The translations under genes were made by a program, and so were the position numbers. From Ylistrum balloti (taxonomy: Eukaryota), in NCBI RefSeq assembly GCF_031769215.1, contig NW_026782296.1, positions 186,001 through 250,000 of the forward strand: 64,000 nt of DNA, read 5' to 3'. A model generated the notes under the pieces. That model did no database searches and was not told where the DNA came from. It saw only the letters and a program-made list of their open reading frames with translations. Positions 22,048 through 34,800 of the stretch are shown one piece after another (position 1 is the stretch's first letter; each line of letters begins with the position of its first letter).

Positions 22048-25000
22048 CAAGTGACACAAGTAACGACTGATGTAGAATGTAATGAAGCAACATTTGCATA
22101 ATCATTAACAAAATTAGCTTATCACATTACATAAATGAATGGTATATCTTTAGACATAGAAACACCAATTGTAAATGACTGTGAAGAATACTGTCCTCTG
22201 TAATATACTATGACTTGTACATAAAACAGAACACAATGCTTTCCTTTCTGTTGCCTTATAGAATTTCTTACTCTCATTGTTTTAGCAAGTTTTACCAAGG
22301 GAGGTAACCACTCTAAAAGCTTTGCGATTTTATCACAGAAAAGAAACAAGACTGGCTATACATTTCTGTATAAAGTTATAAATCATTTGAAAATATATAA
22401 AAAAAAAGTTAATATATAAACATTTCTAAAACCCAAAATCAAGTCAGATTGATGTAGGTGATATAGCATGGCACAAAGCAACTGTTTTGTTCTGTTTTAG
22501 CAATCTTTGGTCAATATTGGGTTCACTTGGAGTTCATGTCACCCACTGTCTATTTCCAGAAATCATGACTATTTTGGCAGAAATATGCATGACCATGTGA
22601 CACAACATGTTTCTCAATATCTAAAGATTCACTTAGAGACTGATTTTCGTTTTCATCCTATTAAATTCAGTTGATTAATATTCAAAGCTTGTTTTTTAAA
22701 TCCAAGGTTTAATGTTTAGTGCACAAAGCAAATTAAATCATCTATACAATCAACAATCAACAACATTTCTAACAATAACACAGTCTTACATTCAAATGGC
22801 CTCAGGGCCGTTAGTTTGTGTAGACGGGCATATATACAAACTATTGCACTATATCTCCCCACATATATCTACTAGGGAAGGGCTGTGAAGAAGACTGGCT
22901 GATGGGCAAAATGAGGAAAGTTAGTGATAAACATGGGGTTTTGAAAAGATTTGGGAGAAAAGTAATAAAATTTATATACCTGGTATAATATGAAGTATTG
23001 AGACATGAATTTTTGCTTGTGTGGTTTATACATTTTGTTCTCCAAAGTATTTTGGAATCTTCAAAATAAACGAAAAATCACTAAATGATTCAGATACATG
23101 TCACTTGATACCACAACAGGCCTATTTTACTTTCATACACTCACATATATATATGTCTGGAATTTATAGGATTAGGTCTATCTCTAAGAACACTAATGTT
23201 TACAAATTCTACATGAAAATACATTCCATTGATTACCAACTTCATGTTATCATATAAACACAACAAAATAAGAATTAATATCTAATGGGAGACATAGCTA
23301 TAAAAAACATAAATGTTCCTTAATCAACTATAATCAATCTCTTTTCTTGAACTTCTTTGGTGCACACAAACAGATTTCCTGTGTTGATAGATTAACAGCC
23401 TAACCCATGTAAAAATGATGAAATCAACTGAGCTTAATGAAAAAAAAAGAAAAAAAAACACATGACGAGAACACAATATCTATCAGTTATGCCTCTTTCC
23501 GAAAACCACTTCTACTTCCATCAGCACTGTTTTATAGATGTTTCAAGGTATAATTCAATGTTTACAGTAATAATATACAATATGAAATACTACTAGAAAA
23601 ACATTGATACACATAATACACACTATCATTACTAATATGTACGGAGATGATTAAATACATAATTACACGATGTTTAACAGCAGGGGAGATGTGACAAATA
23701 CTTGTACTTAAAGTGGCTGAACACTTCCTGGAATTTCCCACCTACCATAGTAAATCCACCTTTGCATTACAGTGCTAATATAGACCCGACGAATTCAAAT
23801 AGTATTCATTGCTAAATAAATGACATTGCCCAATATAGTGATGTTACAGTTCTATTTTTATTTTTTAAATCAAATGTCCTTCCAGGAAGTTGTCTGTTCT
23901 AGTCATAAAAAGGTTTTCACGAAACATACACTTGACTCAATGGTGAGTACTGAAAAATGCACATAATGTTCGGAGATTTATTTTTCAACTCTAAATATAT
24001 GTATTGAACTGCAATAAGTTGGCTTACATATCTGCTGTAGAAGCCAACTGAAAGAAATTTAATACTTAACTGAGACCTTCCACCTCGGGCTAATTGAACA
24101 CTTACTATGTAGTGGAGCCTAAATGGTCATTAAAATAGTAACACATGGAATGATGAACTTAAAATCAATATCTTACATCATCAGATAAAATATCAATTTT
24201 ATAACATAATTATGGACCATTTCTGAAACCACTTCATTTCCATAAATAACATGAGAATAATGAATGTTTAAACAGAATATCTGAAATATTCATCTTTTCC
24301 TGATATAACATTGGATCAAATTAAGATCCAGACTCGTTTCATGATCTCCATTTTAGCAGAGGATAAATGAAAGAGGTGATGCTCCTTCAAAATGGTGGAC
24401 ACAAGCACTGACACAAGGTGTTGATATACCTTTAGAAGGTGAGTACCACACAAGCACAGATTATTTACATATCCAATATATACAAGTATAAACAGCGGTG
24501 CTCTTTGCCCCAAGATATGGTATGTCAACCATATAGCACTATTAAAACCAATCACAACATCAAATATGCACATCTGATACAGTATTTGATCCATAATGTG
24601 TTATAAAAGTATCTTAAAGTTGTTACATACTTTAATTATGTACTATTATCTCTATGTATAAAAACAATGTCTACACTACGTCTATAGTAACAGTATAAAC
24701 AGGTAAAAACTCCCAAACCATCATGGCTTTCCTATCTCACTCTCATACACACTTCCCAGGTAATCTTAATAACATAAATAAATAACAAAATGATAGTCTA
24801 TGAACTTATGTCATCTAAAACAGCTAACGAGTAAATAACAGATTTGCTGTATTGAAAGACTCACTGATCCTTTACTATAAACAAACTGTGCACACCTTTC
24901 TACTGTCAACTTACAGGTAGCTAGCTTTCATTTTCAGGAAATCAACCTAACCTGTTACAACAATTCTCATCAGGTTATCCTATCCATAAAGCTGATTCTT

Positions 25001-25856
25001 TTCTCTATCAGCTAATGTAATGTTAAAAGTCTGTCTACCATAAATCCTTCAATGCATCTTAGCATAATGTAAAAGTCTTATTGATTTTTCATTGTGGCGT
25101 GCCACACGTGACTTTCCTCATATGAGTCTTGTGTTAAATGTGTAATACCTAGAATAACATGCATCATACAAGTTTTGAGACTGCTTTTTTTTTGCAAAAA
25201 TATCCTCTTAAAATAATATTTGAAAAAGTTTTGAGTTGACATCAGCTTAAATAAATATACACTATAAATTGAAATCTGAAAATTGCAAATAAACACGTTC
25301 AAAAGTTACATACATGTAATATATAAATACTTATTTCATTTTACATGGGTCATGGAAGAACCCTTCCTAGTATATAACATTTTAATCATACAACCACAAT
25401 ACAGCTTTAATGATCATGAAATTGTTGAAAGATGGATATTACTTCTATATTAAATGCATAATACTACCATTGTGTAGATAGCATAGCTACTTAAAGCATG
25501 TGTGTACAACATCCATCGATTGTTGGCTAGAAATAGTAAGAAAAACTTCAATATGTTAATATCCTAACATTTAACTACTATGCATACATGTTCAAAAGCC
25601 TGAATAAGAGAAAACTTTTAATAGTATGTACTTATATATGGTCTATCTAGGTCTAATATAGAATGATCAGCATTTGTTAGCCCTGTAAACTTGACAAAAG
25701 TCCACAGACACACCCTCAGGTATGTCTGCTATATACCCTTTGCTTTGGGGTCTCATGCCATTTTTGGTCTGACATTGTCACAGCATTCATTCTTGATGAT
25801 TGTCAATCAGACTTGCTTTCACAAAATACTGATCTGCCACTGTGCCTGCATCGGCA

Positions 25857-28800
25857 TTAGTTAAAGGTCTTTGTTGTTAAGGTCTTGAGGTCACTGAGGA
25901 AGCCTTCTGGTGTCAGTATATGTGTGGAACCTGAAAAAGTGTTAAATATGAACATTTTTTATCGGTTACATTATTCTTATATGGTTTGAAAGTCTATTCC
26001 CACAATGTACCAAGTATTCTGAGAAAAACTATCAAAATATTTTTAATTGCCATGGCAACACTTACCAACCAGGACCTCCCAGTTTTTACATGCCTGAGTA
26101 ACCTCATAAGCACATCTCATCTCAGCATAGGAAAGCCCTCCCATGATAAAGATGATAAGTCTTGGCCCACTCTTGTAGCTTGCCTGAGTCTTGTCTTTGT
26201 GCCAATGACCATACCGTGCACTAAGAAATAAAAGACCCATTAAATGAATAAACAAACAAGATCTTTTAATTAACAATGAGGGAAATTACTACCTTACTAC
26301 CTATCTCTCTAGAGAATAAATGGAATTAATGTGGAATAAATGATGAACAAACAGCTACAACCCTGTAATAATGAGGCAAAAGGCCTGATTGGAGCATGAA
26401 AAATTCTGCCATCCCAGGCCTTACTAGCATACAAAATTACAAGCCAGTGTTAGAGATTTTCTCTAAGCGAAGTACTTACTTCATTCTCATCTCACCTATC
26501 TCTCCCTGGCTAAATGATAATCAAGTAATTTCTTAAAAGCACTGATGTATTCTTTGGTAACGTTACCTGATTGGTTTCCTCATTCCACTTGACCTCTGAA
26601 CTCCTCCAGACAGGAAAGGGAAGGCACGTGTATCAAGTTTCTCCTCTGTTGCATCCTGGGTAAATAAAACAATATGCTCAACAATATCTCCTATCATCTT
26701 CAGTGCAATGCACCATTCAATATAGTGTATGGTAATGATAAAATTTATCACATTCATATCTTAATCTATTTTGGAACATTTCCTTCAGATTGGTAATGTC
26801 AACAGTTCTCTGTCGATTCTGTACCATCACATACGCTACGTACGTCAGTGCTGGTACACTCCACACTGGTCATTTGTCTGATGAAGGTGATGGTGTAGTC
26901 ATCTAAATGTCACACTCTAATCTTCTACTTAATGTGTTATAAGAACATCTTTATCTAATAATGCAATTTTCTTCTATAAAATATGTAGTCAATCAATATA
27001 AAAAAGATGTGAAATCAATGTTGTATAACATTGAGTAGGATGTGAATTTAAGTTATATGATAAATATTTGTAAATAAATTTAAATATTTGAAAGTCATTG
27101 TGAACCTTTCAGTACAAAGCCTCTCTCTATGAGTTAAGAGTGAATCTTTTATCTCAACCTGATTGAAACCATTGATTATATGATTATGTTACACGAGATT
27201 TTGTGTCTAGAGATGTAAAAATAAGAGGTTTGAGTAAGACTTTTTCGGTGTAAGATTTAACATGATGCTAGGGGCCACAGTGTGTACCTCCATGATGTCC
27301 TTGATGTAGGGAGACCAGCGGGACACTTGGTAGGTGTTCTCATTTCTTTCCCGTCGGTTGGTTGAGTGGTATGGCTGGGATGGCCTCTTCCTTCCACCCT
27401 GTGTACACATACATCACCCATGCATGATAAATGCAAACAAAAGCTATGACGAACCTTAACCATGGTATCATCTCACACTACAATAAATATATAGGTACAC
27501 ATACTTGTCCACAATTTCTACAAACAGTACTATGATGAATTAAAAACATTTTTCAACTTTTTATTCTCCTGAACATAAATACAGAAGAATATAAATTTTT
27601 TGTGTACAACTAAACTCCTGAGGTACATTAATCAAATACAAGATTTAAATGCCATAAAAGAAATCGTTTACAGGATTATCAAAAAATTAGCCATTGTATC
27701 ATATAATACATGTATCTAATATGTTGTTTAGTACTTACTTAAATGGCACAATTAATTTACCATGGGATTTATTGATTTATTTACTCTTGTGTTTTACTGG
27801 TTCTAACACATGCAGGAAAAGATAGTGTACAGTGAAGGTTTTAATGTTTGATTGGCATTTTAAACATTCTAGAAAAATCCATTTCAGAAACAATGTGAAA
27901 AAAACATCAAGGAAATAGTCATTCTAGATAACAGGGACAAAAGGAAACTTTATTTTAGGGATAAAGAAAACTTCCTTTTCTGGAATTTCAAATAAAAAAA
28001 AACATTTAAGAGTAAAATTAAGTGGTGAAATATGGCTTGAAATATTAGACAACATTAATCTAATATAGGTACCAAGCATGCCACATCTCGGTTTCAATTT
28101 TCTTGTCATTTTCTGTCATGCAAATTTGCTGTCCACTCATACAATTTAATCTTTTTCAAGCATCCTGCCACCTTTAGATACCTTGGTTAGCTAAGTATCC
28201 TATTTTATCACAAATAAGGACCCCTCTCATACTTTTATACATGTACCAGAAATAGTAGGTCATTCAGAATTAATCCCCATACCAAAGATTTTTGTATTTT
28301 GGGGGGATTAACCATTGCCAAGTTTCTGTTAGTCTTTCCGATCCACAAGAAACGATATTCAGCAACCATGATATGCACATGTAGTAAGCCCTGATGAATA
28401 TAATAATTGCTGTGGATGTCAAGAAATATGGTAACTAAGAGAAAAGACCACAAACCAGTATGAAAATTAGAAATACAGAAAAGGTTACCCAAGCAATGTG
28501 TCACCATTACCAAAAAGATCACCAAACATTTTATATTACCATGGTAACTGGAGAGAAACCAAATAGCCTTATTACCATGACAATTGTACATAAATCAGCA
28601 AATATCTCTGTTATAAATTGCCAAACATTTCTGACACCATGGTAACTGGAGATAAATCTGCAAATATTTCTACTGCTACAGTAATTAGCGATAAATCACC
28701 AAAACATTTCTGTTGCCATGGTAACTTGAGATGATTCAGCTGTTTTGTGAACACCTGGATACAACAATATAAGAACAAAGAAGATCAAACCCTTAAACCA

Positions 28801-31800
28801 TCTTCATTTATTTCTATTCATAATGAGAAAACAGAAATATTTAAAGTAATTGACAAGGTAAATGAAAATAAACACTCTCAAATGATTACATCCTCTGTCA
28901 TGTCCAATATATACATCTATATTGTCAAAATCATCACACCTATCTTGTGCACATTGTGAGGGTTTCTGATGTGACAGGGCATTCTTAGTGTTAAAAAACG
29001 ACATGTTTTTACAACACAGAACGAGGAGAACAAGGAACAGAGAGACAAGATTAATGACAGCCTGTGGCAAGTTAAAATGGTCAATAAACAGAACATGGAT
29101 AAATATGGTCATTTCCTGTGAGTGGAATAATAAGAGACATCTACAAATATATCTGTATGAGGAAACACTTCTTGTCATGATTGCGCCTAAACATAGATCT
29201 GATGTACTGTATAAGTATTAACATTTGTGGGACATGGAAGATAGTGTCAAATAAAATACCTTGAAAATATGTTTACAGTGAATCAAAACATCAGAGAAAT
29301 GATATGCATCCCTGTTTATACATTAAAGCAGAGGAGGGAAAAATTCAATCCTCATGAACAAGACAAAGCTGGCACAAATACAATTATACAGTAACCAACA
29401 TTTAAACTATGGCACTTTTATAGAAGTTGGTGTAAGATGTGATGTCTTGAGTCCTATTTGAATAAGAATGAAGGAAAATATAAGATTTAAGATTACATAT
29501 ACATACAATTTAACAAAGATCCAAAATGGTACAAAAATGTCTTTAATTGCCTGCATATAACCCCCAGTTGATATGCCCCTTTTTAATGTAGAGATGCCTC
29601 TTGTAGACCAGAGCTAACTAATTGTGGCTTTTTTCACTTTTTTTCATATATGTTATCTGCTTCCTACTTAATATATGAAAGTCCAGCGGGAATAAAAACC
29701 AAAATATTAAAATCTGGTCTGTAGTAATTTCAATTTATTTACGTTAAATTTGCTGTAAGTATAGTGTACTTGTAATATTTACAAGGTAGGTTACAATTAA
29801 TTTTTCACACTATCCTTTTTATGAGCAGTCATAGGATATGTTTATGTCAAACATCATTAATCCAACATTCATTTCTATCTCATTCATACATTCCTTTGAA
29901 CTGCAACAGACAACTACTCCTGACAAATGTTTCTCTTGGAACTGTCAGTCGTTTCAGAATTATCATTGACTGAGGTCTTGAGCCAATGCCCATTCAAGAT
30001 CGTACAAATCCATAGTTAGTGTTCTCATGACCAGCCGCAACATCTGTTCCAACATCTTCAAGTGAAGACTGTGTGACTATTGTGCAATTTCGAAAAAATA
30101 TTTTGTTACGTTTCATAAATCTGAAATACTTAATGGGTCCACCTTAAAATCTTCAAATTCCATTCGAGTTTCCCTATTACATGTACCATGATTCTCCGCA
30201 AAATTTATAACTGTCAGTTGTGATTAGGCAGTATAACCTTGTCATTTTCTTTTCCAAAGGGCCTCACTATCTCTGCAATGTTTTCTATGCCTTGGAGACA
30301 GGGGCTGTCCATGTTACCAAATCTGACACTCACCAAATAAACTTCGGGTTTTCAAAAATGATGACAACGACTGAACATTCCTTACAGTGTTCACTACTCA
30401 AAGTCATCATAATCTATACTGGCAATACAACATCCATTTTGTTCATGTATTCATGTACTCACCAGGTACAATCTTACATGAATAAAAGTGATGTATTACC
30501 ACCATGGGCAATCTGCTGGTGCAGGTGGTCTAAAATTAATTTTACAAAATGCTGAAAATGCCTTACTATACATGCCAGACATATCCCTGTGCAGATAATA
30601 CGAAGGAAACTACAGTAATAAGAAAAATATATTTGCAGAAATTTCACCATCCTTCACATTAGCCTGGTGTATTAATGTCTTCATTAGGTATCAGAAGTAG
30701 ACTTTTCGCATTGACTGTCATTACAAGACTCCTAGCATCATCCTTAGATCTGATAAAATCAGAGTTATTACCTCATACTTCCTCTTTATAGAAACATAAA
30801 CAAATCTATTGTCCAGATGTTGAAACAGACATCGCTATAGAAATACTTCATTTTACTACAGTAACAAATGATGTGGTTCTTTGTGAATAGTGATATCTTT
30901 TATGTCTGTATCTTTACCTATCACTGACCATTGTAACTTTGTTGATGGTCAGTAAAACAACACAAAAATATATCTGTTTATTTCATAAGAGCAGGTGATT
31001 TCTAGTAATCTAATTACCGTGAGGTTATGAACATGCATCATAAATCATTTATTTTTCAATCCAATTAGTACCAATAATAATTCTCTATCACATTATTGAA
31101 ATAATCATCTGATATGTTTTATAATGGCATACTCAAAGCTATAAAAGTGCGGTAATCACTGCTGTCTTTAATCGTCACGAGCTTCTACAAAGGGAGGCTA
31201 TCACACATTACGATATCATGTGAGGGAGGTAGAAACTGAATGACATTTGGACACACAGTACTCTATCAGTACTAGCTAGGGGATCTACAACCCTGTATCA
31301 CCACCACCAAACCCTAATGACTGGATTCTCAATCTGTCTCAAAACTGACAAAAATATAGTCTAATTCAATAAGCTTTTTTAGGAAAACATTCCTTTCAGT
31401 ACTTTAAAAGCTTAATCTTGCTTTACACCTCAGAAAGGATTAGAAGCTTTCATAAGCAAATCTCTCAAAACAAAGCCTGGTAAAGCTACATTGAACTCTA
31501 ACTATTGGTACAGAATTATTTTGATATACGAAAATTTAAAACACAAGCGCTAATTTGGGAATTATGAGATTTCATTAAAGCGTTGGATACAGATATATGA
31601 CGCCATATTCTGGCTAAGCACATGAAGCATGGTGGTGGATATACAAGAGCAAGGACTACAACTCAACAGCTACAAATTTACCACAAAAACCAGGAGAACA
31701 CAGCAGAGAGGAGTTTCGCAACAAAAGACTGCCATGTTGATACAACTGGAGATCTGAATTTTGTTCTTGGTTGATTACAATGATATATATTAAAAGAGAG

Positions 31801-34800
31801 TTCTACGAAACTGATACAAGGTAAAAACACAACAGCTTTTGATTGGTCAAATACAAAGAATACCCTGAAATAAACATAACACCTAATGATGTTCATAGGT
31901 ATATTAATGTCAGGCTTAACCAACAATACTGGTACTACTTCATATCATCTAATGCCAGATGTTACACCAATACTTCAATGTTTTCATTGGTATTTACATT
32001 AAAACATGCCCTATCTAACAAATGTTAGACACAAAGCTCAGTTTGGATAAACCATCAGAAAACTGGATTTTGACGGGATGTTGGAATATTCTAGGGTCAT
32101 ATTTTGAGAAATTTCACAGTAATACTCAATATATAATTATGTTCACCAAATATGTTAAACCTATACTCACTACCAATCACATACAAATGATTCTTTCAAG
32201 ATATTTGAAAAAATAATAAGAAAACAAATAATTCTTTTCTGAAGTAAACAAGATCTATCTTAATGTTTTTCCTCAAAGTGACATATATCTCAGTAATATT
32301 CTAAGTGCATGTTATGTTTTCAACAGCAATATTCCATGAAAATGTCCAAATGTTAGCCATCAATTGATATTAATTACTATTTGTTGGCCCAGACAGTAGC
32401 ACAGATAAATTCATAATAAGGGAGACAACTGGGGTACCCAAAGAAAATCCACGTAATCAGGTATGTGACCCAATACATTTTTACATCGGAATATCACATC
32501 TTCCAACCACAACAGACATGTACAACCCTTTAACATCAGGTTTCTTGTCAACAATCCACTAAGTCATGAGCAACGTATCATTTCCTTTAGTTTAAAATTC
32601 ATTTCAAGTATTAATTAAATTATCTCAGATCATATCTAATTCACATCCTTCCAATACAGTTGATTAAATAATCATCCTTTTCAGGTTTGACTTGCATTGC
32701 AAGGAAAGGTCTATACAGCTGTACTAGGACAAGGTTGACAAGATTGGTTCTACTTATTCGATTCTGAGTTGTATCAATATTTATTTATTTATTTTTAAAA
32801 TTGTGATAAATTTTCACCCGTAGGAAAAAAAAAAAAAAAAAAAAATACTCTTCCAGGCTTTTTTAAGGTTTAAAGAACACTAGGCAAGATGAAAAGATTG
32901 CATTAGTAGTGTTACACAAAATAGAAGCGCTACAGCTGTATTTTTTTTGTGTTGCCCGAAATACAAGTGTTACAGCTTTATTCATTTTGTGTCCCCGAAA
33001 TACAAGTTTCACAGCTATATTTATTTCATGTCCCCGAAATACAAGTGTCACAGCTATATTTATTTTGTGTCCCCGAAACACAAATGTCACAGCTATATTT
33101 ATTTTGTGTACCCAAAATACAAGTGTCACAGTTATATTTATTTATGTGATGCCAGAAATACAAGTGTCACAGCTTTATTTATTTTTTGTCACCGAAATAC
33201 AAGTGTCATAGTAAGTTATTAAGCGTTCCTCCAAAATACACTTGTCATAGCTCCATTTTATGTTGCCTGAAATACAAGTGTCATAGCTAAGTTATTTTGT
33301 GTGTTCCTCAAAATACAAGTGTCATAGCTACTTTTTATGCTCCCCCGAAATTAAAAGTGTCATAGATAAGTTATTTTGAATGTTCCCCGAAATACACTTG
33401 TCATAGCTACATTTTGTGTTCCCCTGAAATACAAGTGTCATAGTGTTCCACCGAAATACAAGTGTCATAGTAAGTTATTTAGCGTTCCCCCAAAATACAC
33501 TTGCCATAGCTACATTTTGTGTTCCTGTAAATACAAATGTCATAGACAATTATTTTGTATGTTCCCTGAAATACACTTGTCATAGTTAGATTTAGTTTTT
33601 AAAAAGCTATTGGTTCATGATGAAGCCAAGCAGCAAATACTCAAATACATATACTCGGTGAGTTTCTATAAGATTAGTGAACCCACAAACTACAGAAAAT
33701 ATATACTCCTATTTTTGTCTTTTCATTCCTCTCTACCGTTAGCTATTAACTTTTGTGTTTTAACACTTTGCTAATATAGTAGTGACCAGTAACCACATGA
33801 TAGTCAAACATGTAGGTTATTAAGAACCTGCTATCAGCAAATCTCATCTCTGCTACATTTTAATGAACGTAATCTTAAAAATTAATGTGATAATAAAAAC
33901 AGACAAGAAGGTATAGATTGAAAAAAAAAAAAAAAAATGAAGAAACAGACTTGGTTTTGGTTGTGTCACCATTTACCAATCGCAAGACGTGTTTAAATTA
34001 AATGGACCAATAGCAGCTCCCGATAGAGAGGCAGATAGTCTCACCTGTGCTATGGACTGAAAAGTGCCATAGCTAGCATCTTCTAGCAGTCCAACGCTAA
34101 AGGACTTGTTACCAGCTGCCTGTTGCATGCAAAATTATCAAAGGATCAAGAAAGTAAATCAACGAAATATATCCCATGTCCGACATCCATTAATAAATAA
34201 GATTTTCACACAAATCTGAAGTCTCCCGTAGATGAGAGCAAGGCCAAACACATAAGTACAAAACATACACAATCAAGTAGTAGATTAGGTAAAAAAAAAA
34301 GTATAAATCAATTAATAAAACAACTTATTTCCCAAACCTTCATACGTATTAGTACACATTCCACTATAAGAGAAAATCATACTTATAATATAAATGTATA
34401 TGAAAAATCCCATGGAATGGAAACATCTTTAGGAAGAAATCAGGATGTGATGATAAATATATGTATTGAAGCTAATTTTATGGTAGTGGCCACGTCGTGA
34501 AAATTCAAATCTCCAATTTTCAACAATGCCATACGATTGTAAAACTTTGGTACATTTAAACTGAATGACATCTAAAGCAGTGTAACACAGTACATGTTTG
34601 TGAATGTGGGTGCAATCACAATGAGGCCATACATCGTAACAAAAACAGATACGAGAAATCTGCAATATAGTCCTTTGTTTTGTTGTCTGCAAAACTGGTG
34701 CCAATATTTCAAAACAGAAATAATAACGAGAAAAAAAATAAATTTTGACACAAATTAAAGAATTCTAAGAATTTCAAAAATGTAGATGTTATTAGTACTT

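Noticed and set aside
24316-24594. Alternative last Munc18 exon (CGTHLL resembles GSTHIL)
   Set aside because: No AG acceptor at the required position and no further similarity.
29900-31200. Nested same-strand gene in Munc18 intron 12, built from several small ag...gt segments
   Set aside because: The segments could not be joined in consistent phase into a recognisable protein; such short open segments are expected by chance.
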